Assembly (NCBI GenBank): GCA_963662665.2
Contig: CAXXJS010000055.1
Coordinates: forward strand, 1-64,000
From: Candidatus Latescibacterota bacterium
GTDB lineage: Bacteria > Latescibacterota > UBA2968 > GCA-2709665
Reading direction: 5' to 3'
DNA: 64,000 nt
Below, piece by piece: positions 1 through 9,512 of the stretch; within the stretch, counting starts at the first letter, position 1, and every line of letters starts with the position of its first letter. A model generated the notes under the pieces. That model saw only the letters and a program-made list of their open reading frames with translations, had not been told where the DNA came from and searched no databases. Position numbers and translations under genes: made by a program.

Positions 1-2336
1 CGACGGTCCTGGGATGCGTTTTGCAAAACCGTATCCGAAAACGGGACCGAGTCGAGTAGCGCCGAGTTGTCTGGCGTCACGACCCTGGCGCCTGCCCGCA
101 CCAGCCGTTGTACGAGGATCGATAACGTCTCCGACGCTGTTTCGTTAACCTTCCCCGACGTCAGGATGCCAATTGAAAGTGCCGCCAGGCTGGATTGTAC
201 ATAGACGGGTGGATGATCCCTTTCAATTCGCCCGGCGAACCAGGATTCCACGTTGCACAGCGCGCGTTCCAGTCCGCCGTCGAGTTGGATACTCGACCAG
301 CCGAATCGAGCGGGGTCGACACCATCGCGTTCAAGTTCGTGTCTGAGATAGTCATTGTGAGTCTTCTCGCAGCCGTGTTCCAGGAGCAGCGCGTGTCTTA
401 CCAGGGGGTGGGTGAGATAGCCGAGCATGGTTCGCGAATACATCCTTTCGGTCTCGTCTCCCGCGACGCCGCAGCCCTCGGTATGTACCAGTGCGACGTA
501 CCGGGAGATGCCACGGTTCTTTCCAATTTTCAATTGTTCAAGGCGGTCTGCGGCCATTTTCGCGACCTGCCCCGCGCAAAGGCTGGTAGGCATGATCAGA
601 CCGACCTGGTCCGTGGCGACTCCGGCTTTGGTGACGATGCCACGAAAGTCGCCTGGCAATTCGACGGGTTGGCGTCCGATGGATATGGGATTGCCCGGTG
701 GCTGCGGGAGCGACTGAAGATGTTCGAGGTTGGCGGTGTCGGTCTGACGCCAGTCTCGCCAAATGGATACCTGGGTGTGCCCGGCCCGTTCGCCTTTGCT
801 CCGCATACCCGAGGCCACTTCGAGCGTGAGATCGGTCATTTGCATCCCCAGCGCGTCAATCGGGGTGCCGTCGAGATAAGCGCCCGCGTTGACGTCCATC
901 TCGTTGGCGAGGAGTTCATAGCGGTTGGTGGTTGTAATGATCTTAAGCGTGGGGACGAAAGGGAAATTTGTGATGGATCCGTTTCCGGTCACAAAAAATA
1001 TGAGGTTGCAACCCGAAGCAACCTGACCGGCAATGCTTTCAAGGTCGTTGCCCGGACTATCCATGAAGTGAAATCCGGAGTCGTGCATGGGTTCGCCGTA
1101 ATCCAGAACGCCGTCAAGGCGGACCTCCGGATGGCGTTTCATGGCGGCGCCGATGGATTTGAGCACGATGTTGTAGATGCCACGGAACTTGTTGCCCCCC
1201 GAGGGATTGCCTTCGGCACTCGTGCCATGGCACGCGGCGAGGTTCTTGTAGCCTTCCACGCGCTCCAGGAAACGACGGGCCGTGTTCAGGTCCCTGACGT
1301 TCTGCAGCACGTAGGATTCAGCGCCGATCAGTTCGTCCGTTTCCGCCAGGTTTGCCGCGCCTCCGTGCCGGATGATTTCCCGTGCGACCCACGACGCCAG
1401 CGGGTTTCCCGATACGCCCGAAAAGGCATCCGATCCGCCGCATTGAAGCGCGATTTTCAGGCTTGAAATGGAAGTCGGTTTTCGGATTGTCCGGTTCACT
1501 CTCCGCATCCATCCGGTGACGATGCCCTGGGCTTGATCGAGATTCTCTTCAAACCCCCCGTCCAGGGTGAAAAAGCGGTGGGGGACGTCGGACAGGCTAT
1601 CCTGGTTTGCCGACATGTAGGCGCTGAGCATGGCATTGGTGAGTGGCTCCGTACCATAGTCGACGGCAAGGGCGGCGCCCACGTTCGGGTGTACCATGAA
1701 GCCGGCAAGCGTTCTCAACAGAAGGTCCAGGTTGTTCGGTGCCGTCCGACCGCCACCTTCGGTGTGCGTAACGGCTACAATTCCGTCGACGTTGGGATAG
1801 GCATCGGCAAGCCCGCCCAATCGTTCCTCCAGACGTTTCACGAAACTTCCCGTGCGTGAGGTGGTACCCATGATCAGAACATAGTTTCGGGTGCCCACAC
1901 CCCGCGCGGCGCCGCGTATGTACCCCTTAAACGTGCGGGAAGAGACAGTCGGAGCAACCTGCCGGCCAGGGTTGAATGAATCCGTCTTCAGAAGGTAAGG
2001 TTCGATACGGTCTTCAAAATTAGGTTTGGCAGGCAGTTGGAAATCCAAGTTGCGGATGCGGAGTGCTTCCAGCATGCCGGCGTTACAGACATAGGCGCCC
2101 GGTGCAATGCCCCTCCGGGCCACACCGAACGGGAGATTCCAGGAAAGGAGAAACTCACCCTCGGATATGGGGGCCACGGCGAAGCGATGACCCTCCAGTA
2201 CGGCCGTATCCAGTTGAAGTACCGATCCTCTGGTGCGGATACTGGCGCCCGCGCCCAGATTCCGTGTGGCGATGGCGACGTTGTCATCTGGTTGCGGCAG
2301 TCTGGCAACGTCCTCGAATTCGAGAATTTCCGTCAT
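1..2336 (-). CDS. UxaA/GarD-family hexonate (altronate-type) dehydratase, long form; runs off the left edge of the window
   Basis: Hand translation from ATG at 2336 (RBS AAGGAG upstream): MTEILEFEDVARLPQPDDNVAIA (SAF-like start), GVGTRNY, HTEGGG, HPNVG, LQCGGSDAFSGVSGNP, then a second in-frame HTEGCG segment near 485. Not in the ORF track, apparently because no stop lies inside the window. Confidence 0.85.
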   Translation of the reverse strand, partial: MTEILEFEDVARLPQPDDNVAIATRNLGAGASIRTRGSVLQLDTAVLEGHRFAVAPISEGEFLLSWNLPFGVARRGIAPGAYVCNAGMLEALRIRNLDFQLPAKPNFEDRIEPYLLKTDSFNPGRQVAPTVSSRTFKGYIRGAARGVGTRNYVLIMGTTSRTGSFVKRLEERLGGLADAYPNVDGIVAVTHTEGGGRTAPNNLDLLLRTLAGFMVHPNVGAALAVDYGTEPLTNAMLSAYMSANQDSLSDVPHRFFTLDGGFEENLDQAQGIVTGWMRRVNRTIRKPTSISSLKIALQCGGSDAFSGVSGNPLASWVAREIIRHGGAANLAETDELIGAESYVLQNVRDLNTARRFLERVEGYKNLAACHGTSAEGNPSGGNKFRGIYNIVLKSIGAAMKRHPEVRLDGVLDYGEPMHDSGFHFMDSPGNDLESIAGQVASGCNLIFFVTGNGSITNFPFVPTLKIITTTNRYELLANEMDVNAGAYLDGTPIDALGMQMTDLTLEVASGMRSKGERAGHTQVSIWRDWRQTDTANLEHLQSLPQPPGNPISIGRQPVELPGDFRGIVTKAGVATDQVGLIMPTSLCAGQVAKMAADRLEQLKIGKNRGISRYVALVHTEGCGVAGDETERMYSRTMLGYLTHPLVRHALLLEHGCEKTHNDYLRHELERDGVDPARFGWSSIQLDGGLERALCNVESWFAGRIERDHPPVYVQSSLAALSIGILTSGKVNETASETLSILVQRLVRAGARVVTPDNSALLDSVPFSDTVLQNASQDR

Positions 2337-2392
2337 TGACCGGCTCCTTGGGGAGCGTTTCGAGGCGGCGTGGTGTCGGGACAGGTTCGTGA

Positions 2393-2421
2393 GGTATACG
2401 AAAATGGTAAGTAAAAGTCAA
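2393..2421 (-). promoter_or_regulatory. Putative sigma-70 promoter for the dehydratase gene
   Basis: Minus strand TTGACT-17 bp-TATACC upstream of the ATG at 2336. Confidence 0.55.
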
Positions 2422-2450
2422 GCCCGTCCCCGCGGCCAGGCAATTTTCAC

Positions 2451-2507
2451 TTGACATGGAGTCCGTTTAGTGTTTAAGTTTATAACGATTGTTTTATTTG
2501 TAAAACA
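2451..2507 (+). promoter_or_regulatory. Putative promoter and operator region of the first feo operon
   Basis: TTGACA (2451-2456), TAAGTT (2475-2480) and the palindrome TGTTTTA-tttg-TAAAACA (2490-2507) in an AT-rich stretch. Confidence 0.55.
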
Positions 2508-2547
2508 TTTGACTGGTTCCGGCGCCTGAGGGCGGAAGGGAGGCCAG

Positions 2548-3078
2548 GTGGCATCTTCCGATGTATGGAAAGCGTTCGAGGAGAATGAGATCACGCATAG
2601 CGTCGCTCATCACCTTGCCGCCATCAGAGAACTCAGGGACCAGCTGGGATACGCCCGTGTATCGGATGTTGCACGATTTCTGGACATTACACGGGGCAGC
2701 GCGTCCTTAACACTAAAGGCGCTCCGTCAGAAGCAGTTCGTTCTGGAAGATCAAAACAAATTCCTGCGGCTGTCGGACAGAGGTGAGCGATTGGTCGACC
2801 TGGTGCTTGCCAAACGCGCCATCGTTCGCAAGTTTCTGAAGGATGTGCTGCACGTGGAAGGCCATCAGTCGGAAATTGACGCGTGCAAGGTGGAACACCT
2901 GCTGAGCCAGGAAACCAGCGAGAAATTGCTGAATTTTGTCAGATTCCTGCTCGCGGACACGCGGGAGGCACGGGAGTTTCTGAGTGCGTTCTGGCAAACC
3001 AGCGATTTCTGTCACGATCTGGCCGATTGTCCGATCTGCGAAGACGAATGTCTCCTGAGAGCCGGTACGGAGAGCTGA
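2548..3078 (+). CDS. DtxR/MntR-family metal-dependent transcriptional regulator with a Cys-rich C-terminal tail
   Basis: HTH ARVSDVARFLDITRGSASLTLKAL, dimerisation motif DACKVEHLLS, tail CHDLADCPICEDEC; GTG start with GGGAGG RBS. Confidence 0.88.
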   Translation: MASSDVWKAFEENEITHSVAHHLAAIRELRDQLGYARVSDVARFLDITRGSASLTLKALRQKQFVLEDQNKFLRLSDRGERLVDLVLAKRAIVRKFLKDVLHVEGHQSEIDACKVEHLLSQETSEKLLNFVRFLLADTREAREFLSAFWQTSDFCHDLADCPICEDECLLRAGTES

Positions 3079-3109
3079 TCCGGAATCTCAACAATTAGGG
3101 GATAATGCA

Positions 3110-3412
3110 ATGGTGGCGCGTCTCGTGTACCTGGCAGGTCGCCATATCTGGTGGCGTCCCGACCGTAAAACCCGGTTGCAGAGATTAATGCGGGGCTCCC
3201 TTGCCGGACTGAACGAGGGCGACGAAGGCACGGTCGAATCCGTTGAGGGGAATTCACCCCTTGCCTCTCGGTTGCGGGAACTGGGAGTTTGTCCGGGCGT
3301 AAGGGTCCGAATGCTTAGATGCGGCGGCAGGTTGGTGGTGCAGGTGGAAGACGCCCGGTTCTGTTTGCGGATGCGGGATGCGGCTGCCGTGAGGCTCAGT
3401 CCCATCTCTTGA
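3110..3412 (+). CDS. feoA: Ferrous iron transport protein A (start may instead be the ATG at 3188)
   Basis: RLRELGVCPGVRVRM FeoA/SH3-like motif, directly upstream of feoB. Confidence 0.82.
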   Translation: MVARLVYLAGRHIWWRPDRKTRLQRLMRGSLAGLNEGDEGTVESVEGNSPLASRLRELGVCPGVRVRMLRCGGRLVVQVEDARFCLRMRDAAAVRLSPIS

Positions 3413-3422
3413 GGTTTGAGGC

Positions 3423-5657
3423 ATGGCCACGGAGTTGTCCCAAGATTCGCACATCGGCGTAAAACAACCGAATACAGTCGCCCTTCTGGGCAATCCCAAT
3501 ACCGGTAAGACCACGCTATTCAACGGTCTTACCGGTCTTTTTCAACGTGTCGGAAATTATCCCGGTGTGACCGTTGAGCGGAAGGTTGGCCGGATGAGTC
3601 TGGCCGAAGGCCTGTCGGTGAACCTTATCGATCTGCCGGGGACGTACAGCCTGGCCGCAAATGCTCCCGATGAAATGATCGTCGCCGACGTTCTGCTCGG
3701 ACGGTTGCCTGGCGTACGAAAAGTAGACGCGGTCCTGGCGATTGTAGACGCCTCCAACCTCTACAGGAATCTTTATCTGGTCTCACAGGTACTCGAATTC
3801 GGCATCCCGACCGTAATTGCACTGAATATGACGGATGTGGCGGACGCCCGCGGTATTCAGATAGATGTCGACGTGCTCTCCCGTTGCCTCGGCGCGCCGG
3901 TGGTAAGGGTTTGTGCGAATAGGAAACGAGGGCTGGGAGACCTGCGCGTTGAATTGGAAGGGGTGCTGCGCAGCGAGAGGGGTAAGGCATCTTCGCCTCT
4001 GCCGGAATTCCCAAACGGGTTTCCTGCGGCCGTCGATGAAATCGCGGCGGTGTTACGGTCGGACAATGGACGAAGTTTCTCCACGTGTCGCGCCGAAGCG
4101 TTCCGGGCGATCGTCGACGAAGGCGGTTACGCTGAGTGCCGGCTTATTGAGGCGCATGGGGACGAATTTCGTGCGAAACTGGTGGAGGCCCGGGGCCGGA
4201 TTTCGGCGGATTCAGGATTGTCCGCTCTGGAATCGGAGGTCCGCTACAAATGGATCAGGCGGGTGCTGGCGAAAAGTGTATTGCAGCCGGAGCGCCTCCA
4301 GCAGACGCCTTCGGACCGCATCGACCGGGTGCTGACGCACAGGATATGGGGCACGCTCCTCTTCGTCGCTATAATGGGCGTCGTTTTCCAGGCTATTTAT
4401 GCGTGGGCCGGTCCACTGATGGATATGGTCGACGGTATCTTTTTTGTATTGTCAGGATGGGTGGGAACGTGGTTTCCAGACGGGGCGTTGAAGAGCCTGA
4501 TTCAAGACGGCGTCATAGCGGGCGTCGGCGGTATCATTATTTTTCTTCCGCAGATCGCTGTCCTCTTTTTCTTTATCGCCATTCTGGAAGATTGCGGTTA
4601 TATGGCCCGGGCGGCCCTGTTGATGGACAGGCTGCTGACAAAGTGCGGTCTGTCCGGTCAGTCCTTTATCCCGATGCTGTCCAGTTTTGCGTGCGCCGTG
4701 CCGGGCATCATGGCAACTCGAACCATCGAAGATCGCCGGAATCGACTGGTTACCATCCTGGTGGCGCCACTGATGAGTTGCTCCGCACGCCTACCGGTTT
4801 ACACCATCCTGATTGGTGCTTTTATCCCGGTGAAACCAATTCTGGGCGAATGGGTCGGTCTTCAGGGGATAACGCTTTTTGCAATGTATTGCGTGGGCGC
4901 TGCTGCGGCCGTTCCCGTGGCGTGGTTACTAAAAAAGACGCTGTTGAGAGGCGAAACACCTGCTTTCATAATGGAATTTCCTTCGTACAAGGTGCCGGAC
5001 AAGCGGACGGTGGGCCTGCGGGTTTACCAGAGTTGCCGGGCCTTCCTTGTGCGTGCAGGAAGTGTCATTCTTGCTGCAACCATTGTGATGTGGGCGCTGG
5101 CCTATTTTCCCAGGTCTGCAGAGACGGTCGCCGAATACGAGCGCCGTCGGCAGACGGCTGCGGCATCGCTCTCGGGCGAAGGCTTGCAGGCGGCGATTGC
5201 AGATCTGGACGTGCGCATGGCCGCGCAGCTCCTGAACGAAAGTTATCTGGGCAGGGCAGGACATTGGATAGAACCCGCGGTCAGGCCTCTGGGCTGGGAT
5301 TGGCGCATCGGGATGGCCACGCTCGCATCGTTTCCCGCGCGTGAGGTCATCGTAGCCACGCTAGGTACAATCTACAGTCTTGGAGGCGATGCGGACGAGT
5401 CCTCGGAAGACCTGCGAAGCGCGCTCCGAAATGCAACAATGAGGGACGGACGCCCCGTGTTCAACGTCCCCGTGGCGCTCTCGGTGATGGTCTTTTTCGC
5501 GCTGTGCGCTCAGTGCGTATCGACGTTGGCCGTCATCCGTCGTGAGACGCAGTCATGGGGATGGACGATTCTGACGTTTGGCTATATGACGATATTGGCC
5601 TATATTGGCGCACTTGCGACCTACCAGGGCACAATGGCACTTGGTTGGGGCGGTTAG
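3423..5657 (+). CDS. feoB: Ferrous iron transport protein B
   Basis: G1 [30 protein letters not shown]; membrane domain LEDCGYMARAA, PLMSCSARLPVY, FFALCAQC. Confidence 0.96.
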   Translation: MATELSQDSHIGVKQPNTVALLGNPNTGKTTLFNGLTGLFQRVGNYPGVTVERKVGRMSLAEGLSVNLIDLPGTYSLAANAPDEMIVADVLLGRLPGVRKVDAVLAIVDASNLYRNLYLVSQVLEFGIPTVIALNMTDVADARGIQIDVDVLSRCLGAPVVRVCANRKRGLGDLRVELEGVLRSERGKASSPLPEFPNGFPAAVDEIAAVLRSDNGRSFSTCRAEAFRAIVDEGGYAECRLIEAHGDEFRAKLVEARGRISADSGLSALESEVRYKWIRRVLAKSVLQPERLQQTPSDRIDRVLTHRIWGTLLFVAIMGVVFQAIYAWAGPLMDMVDGIFFVLSGWVGTWFPDGALKSLIQDGVIAGVGGIIIFLPQIAVLFFFIAILEDCGYMARAALLMDRLLTKCGLSGQSFIPMLSSFACAVPGIMATRTIEDRRNRLVTILVAPLMSCSARLPVYTILIGAFIPVKPILGEWVGLQGITLFAMYCVGAAAAVPVAWLLKKTLLRGETPAFIMEFPSYKVPDKRTVGLRVYQSCRAFLVRAGSVILAATIVMWALAYFPRSAETVAEYERRRQTAAASLSGEGLQAAIADLDVRMAAQLLNESYLGRAGHWIEPAVRPLGWDWRIGMATLASFPAREVIVATLGTIYSLGGDADESSEDLRSALRNATMRDGRPVFNVPVALSVMVFFALCAQCVSTLAVIRRETQSWGWTILTFGYMTILAYIGALATYQGTMALGWGG

Positions 5658-5658
5658 A

Positions 5659-5832
5659 ATGGACTGGCAGTCGGTGGTGGCAGCCGTTGTCGCCTTCGCG
5701 TGTGGTATATGGGCGGTCCGGATGTTTGTCAGTCCCTTCCTTCCGGGATCCGGCGATTGCGCCTCCTGCGCGGGCCGCCGCGGCACTTCAAGCGAATCTC
5801 TCCTTGAAATAGAAACACCGCCGTCGGCCTGA
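5659..5832 (+). CDS. Small FeoB-associated Cys-rich membrane protein
   Basis: 57 aa starting right after the feoB stop: one hydrophobic helix then GDCASC. Confidence 0.7.
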   Translation: MDWQSVVAAVVAFACGIWAVRMFVSPFLPGSGDCASCAGRRGTSSESLLEIETPPSA

Positions 5833-5871
5833 ACAGAGCCCGGATCCCACACCACCTCCACCGCCAGAGCC

Positions 5872-5895
5872 CGACCCGCAGGGTCGCGGGTTTTT
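5872..5895 (+). terminator. Probable intrinsic terminator of the first feo operon
   Basis: ACCCGC-agggtc-GCGGGT followed by a T run. Confidence 0.55.
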
Positions 5896-6059
5896 CTGAG
5901 AACATGCGAGAAAAAGCTTGCATAGTCCTATAGAATGCTGTAACCTCTTTTTCTATTCAATACCTGAATAGCTGCACTTAAAGTGTTGCCCGATGAATTG
6001 GTGTGCCCTTTCCGGAAATGGGAAATCGCACGTTCGTTTAGAAAAAGGGGGAGACGCCA

Positions 6060-6626
6060 ATGCGTTTTTTTCTTACCGCTGCGGTCGGTTTCTTCATCTG
6101 TCTGTCGATGTGCCAGGCGCCTTCCGCGGATGCAAAAACAAAAAAGCTGGATGACAAATCCCTTTCCATGGCCAAGAGACTTGCCAAAGATCGCGAATCG
6201 GCATTTGCGGGCGCAAAGGCTATGCCGCTGAATGAATTCAAGCAAGGTTGGAAGCTGCTGGCAGAGCGCCTGAACGAATTGTATTCGGGGCACACGGTGC
6301 GAGTTAACAAGGTGGGCGCACATGTCCGATTCCGGATGGGGTTCAGTCACCTGACGTACATGGGATTGAAGGTACACACCCGCGTCACACCGCTGGATCC
6401 TTCGCCCGGTGAGTTGGTCGCAGGTTACCCCTTTCTTCAGGAGTTGATGATCGACGGGAGTTTTTATCCGGACGGTCGCCAGTTTCCTACGAAAATGAAG
6501 GATCTGCTTCATGTGGAACCACAGATGGTTGCGGCGCTTCGCGAATCTCTTGACGGGTGGGATAGCAAGACCAGGCAGAGGTTCGATAAGGAGTACCCCA
6601 TTAAGGCGGCGAAGACCATGGAGTGA
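6060..6626 (+). CDS. Hypothetical exported protein
   Basis: 188 aa, GGGGAG RBS, N-terminal hydrophobic signal-like segment; no family recognised. Confidence 0.72.
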   Translation: MRFFLTAAVGFFICLSMCQAPSADAKTKKLDDKSLSMAKRLAKDRESAFAGAKAMPLNEFKQGWKLLAERLNELYSGHTVRVNKVGAHVRFRMGFSHLTYMGLKVHTRVTPLDPSPGELVAGYPFLQELMIDGSFYPDGRQFPTKMKDLLHVEPQMVAALRESLDGWDSKTRQRFDKEYPIKAAKTME

Positions 6627-6660
6627 GCATCAAGTCTGCAATTTCGATGCGAGAATTGCA

Positions 6661-6700
6661 CATAAAAAGGCGATGCCTTTCCCGGCATCGCCTTTTTATG
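6661..6700. terminator. Bidirectional intrinsic terminator
   Basis: Perfect 17-bp stem CATAAAAAGGCGATGCC / GGCATCGCCTTTTTATG between convergent genes. Confidence 0.85.
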
Positions 6701-6795
6701 TGATCAAACAGTCAGGACCGTTCTGGGATCACGCGCCTTATCGAGGCCCAGGCCCTGCTTCGGTGGCAAACCTTCCCGCGGAAACGGGTTGAAAA

Positions 6796-7902
6796 TCAAG
6801 CCACCTGTTCGGTGGACGGCACCCGGTTTAACGCCGGCATCAATTCTGTGGCGAATAGTTCCAGGCTGCGAAGCCAACTGTCCTTGTCGTCCCAATCGTA
6901 TGACATCATGACGAGGGTGCCGAAGTCACCCACTTCAGCCCGCATGATCTCAAGACGTTCGAGCACCGTGGGCACGTCTCCAGCGATAATCTGCTCGCCC
7001 ATCAGGTAATCCAGATTACAGTCCGCATCGGGCATATCCGGATCGCGTTTGAACATGCCGATGCCTCGGCCACCGCGTTTGAGCAGCGTACCGATGTACT
7101 CAAAATTGGCCGCGACCGTGTTTGACCTTGCGCGCCTGACAGCCTCTTCGGTGGTGTCTGCCAGGAAAATCGCCCTGGCGATCTTGTAGTCCGACCGGGC
7201 CGGCCGGTGGCCTGCCGCCAAAGCAGCGTGCTCGTAGGTCGTCCAGATGTTCGCCAATACGTTGGATGGAATCAGGCTGTGGCCGAACGGCCGGAAACCG
7301 CGCTTTCCCGCCTCCCTGGCTGTTGCCGAATTCATTGACGAGACAGGCATCGAGACTGGCGGATGAGGTCGCTGGAAGGGCTTGTGGATGACCCCGAGAC
7401 CAACCTCTGGATCGATGGTGCGATCCATTCTGATATTCCAGAACCGGCCCTTGAGTTCGTAAGGCGGTTCGGTTAACCACAGAGCAAGAATCATTTCGAC
7501 GGCCTCGGCGACCATCGCTGCGCTGTCCTGCGGGTCGACACCAAGGATCTCCAGGTCTGTTGGTACGCTCCCGGGTCCGAAGCATAGGTTGATCCGACCC
7601 TTGGAGAGGTGATCCAGAAAGGACAACCGGCTTGCGACGAGCGCCGGGTGGTGTTGCTGCAGACACACTGGCGCGGGGCCCAGCCGGATATTCCTGGTTT
7701 CACGCAATGCCGCACCGATGAAAATCTCGGGCATCGCGATGTTCTCGTAGACCATGGTGTGGTGCTCGCCAATCCAGAATTCGTCGATCCCCAATTCGTC
7801 GGCGCGAATGGCGAGCTCCATGTCTTCATCGTGGCACGTGCTGAGTGTTTTGCCCGGCGGGTGGAACGGCATGATGAAGATGCCGGACCTGATCTGTTCC
7901 AT
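6796..7902 (-). CDS. LLM-class (luciferase-like) flavin-dependent oxidoreductase
   Basis: FIMPFHPP, ADELGIDEFWIGEHHT, HHPALVA, LDHLSKGR. Confidence 0.9.
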   Translation of the reverse strand: MEQIRSGIFIMPFHPPGKTLSTCHDEDMELAIRADELGIDEFWIGEHHTMVYENIAMPEIFIGAALRETRNIRLGPAPVCLQQHHPALVASRLSFLDHLSKGRINLCFGPGSVPTDLEILGVDPQDSAAMVAEAVEMILALWLTEPPYELKGRFWNIRMDRTIDPEVGLGVIHKPFQRPHPPVSMPVSSMNSATAREAGKRGFRPFGHSLIPSNVLANIWTTYEHAALAAGHRPARSDYKIARAIFLADTTEEAVRRARSNTVAANFEYIGTLLKRGGRGIGMFKRDPDMPDADCNLDYLMGEQIIAGDVPTVLERLEIMRAEVGDFGTLVMMSYDWDDKDSWLRSLELFATELMPALNRVPSTEQVA

Positions 7903-8345
7903 AGACGTTACCTCGGGTTATTTCGGCCCGACCGGCCGATTAAGGCTGCCGCGCCGCGATTCCGTTATGCGTCGCGTTCACTCACTCGCGGACGAATAGG
8001 CGGATTCGCTATCCCGTTGACGACACGGTCTGAAACTGCACCCTGGCGGTTCAGGAGTGAGATTGGACGTCGGTTTCCTGGAAATATCCGACGATTTTCG
8101 GGCATACGCAACGAATTTCTGGGTTTGGCAGCGGGCAACAACGGCAGGTCAGGCGATTTTTCTGTTTCAGCCCTGCATTGAAGCGTCGATGTACGCATAC
8201 ATCGACCGGTGAGCGATATCGGGTCTTCCGGCGGCATTTGCCCGAGTATTGCCGGCTCGATAGACAATTGAAATGTCGTTCGCCATGCGGAAGGACGCCG
8301 AACACCCTGAATCCGGCCTACCGGCGTCGCCGGAGACTTTGTCAC

Positions 8346-8409
8346 TTGACTTTGGCGGTCCGTTATTTTATATTTAGATGCGGCTAATTATTTTTTTATC
8401 GTTATAAAA
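8346..8409 (+). promoter_or_regulatory. Putative promoter and operator region of the second feo operon
   Basis: TTGACT-17 bp-TATATT; TTAG-atgcgg-CTAA dyad (8374-8387) and TTTTAT-cgtt-ATAAAA dyad (8394-8409). Confidence 0.6.
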
Positions 8410-8434
8410 TAAAACTCGGCGAGAGGAGAGTGTA

Positions 8435-9460
8435 GTGATCGAACCCGTGCAGGCGCTGCTCGGCGCAGGCGTCATTCTGACAATTCTGTGGATTCTGTTA
8501 AGGCCGGACTCGGGCTATTTCTGGCGCTGGCGGCAAGGCCGTCGGCTGACCGAGCGCGTGCTAACGGAAGATCTGCTCAAGCACATCCACAACTGCGAAT
8601 ATCAACAACTGGTCGCAACGGTGGAGAGCCTTTCGGGGGCGTTGGGAATTCCACGCAGCCGCGCGTCCGACTTGCTGGTACGAGCCGGTGCCCGCGGACT
8701 GACCGCTTCCGACGGGGGCAGTGTCAGTCTTACAACGCAAGGCCGGGATTACGCGCTTCGCATCCTTCGATTTCACCGGCTCTGGGAGCACTATCTGGCA
8801 GAAGAAACCGGTGTGGCGGAGGCGGAGTGGCACAGCAGGGCGGAACGCCGGGAACACGATATGTCTTCCGAAGAGGTGGAATTGCTGGCCCGGCAGATGG
8901 GGTATCCCGTATACGACCCTCACGGAGACCCGATTCCCACCGAGGCCGGAGATATCGCGCCCAGGCGGGGAACGCATCTAACAGATCACCACGCTGGTGT
9001 TACGGCGGTGATTGTGCATATCGAAGACGAGCCGGAGCCGGTTTATGCGCAGTTAGCGGCCGAAGGTCTCCACGTTGGGATGCGGATCGAGCTGATTGAG
9101 GTCCTTCCGCAGCGCGTGCGTTTCTGGGCGGATGGTGAAGAGCATGTACTTGCCCCGTTGCTGGCGGATCATATTTCGGTCGCGGCGGTATCCAACGGGA
9201 CGGCGGCTGAAGCGTCCGACGAACTGCTGTCCGGACTCAAACCGGGCGAGACTGGCCGGGTCGTCCGGCTTTCCAGGTCCTGCCGCGGTCTGGAGCGGCG
9301 CCGGTTGATGGATCTGGGCATCCTGCCGGGAACCCTTATCGAGGTCGAGATGCGCAGCCCTACCGGAGATCCCACCGCATATCGGATACGCGGTTCCACC
9401 ATCGCGCTTCGGAAGGAACAGGCAAGTCAGGTTCAGGTTCAGGTTCAACTCGGAGAGTGA
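8435..9460 (+). CDS. DtxR-family regulator with an N-terminal transmembrane helix and two C-terminal FeoA-like domains
   Basis: Hydrophobic N-terminus; [32 protein letters not shown]; C-terminal [12 protein letters not shown]...[16 protein letters not shown]. Confidence 0.88.
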   Translation: MIEPVQALLGAGVILTILWILLRPDSGYFWRWRQGRRLTERVLTEDLLKHIHNCEYQQLVATVESLSGALGIPRSRASDLLVRAGARGLTASDGGSVSLTTQGRDYALRILRFHRLWEHYLAEETGVAEAEWHSRAERREHDMSSEEVELLARQMGYPVYDPHGDPIPTEAGDIAPRRGTHLTDHHAGVTAVIVHIEDEPEPVYAQLAAEGLHVGMRIELIEVLPQRVRFWADGEEHVLAPLLADHISVAAVSNGTAAEASDELLSGLKPGETGRVVRLSRSCRGLERRRLMDLGILPGTLIEVEMRSPTGDPTAYRIRGSTIALRKEQASQVQVQVQLGE

Positions 9461-9512
9461 CCGGCAGTCAGCTCCCTTTTTCAAAACTGCAGAATTCGAC
9501 AGGGGATCTACA

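Noticed and set aside
195-1466. 423-aa + strand ORF (and 1533..1859, 2037..2339)
   Set aside because: Antisense shadow of the minus-strand UxaA-family gene; no recognisable motifs
4250-5344. 364-aa alternative-frame ORF inside feoB
   Set aside because: Arg/Gly-rich off-frame product typical of GC-rich DNA
9428-9448. (CAGGTT)3 microrepeat encoding QVQVQVQ
   Set aside because: Short, in-frame and at the extreme C-terminus; no evidence of a switch
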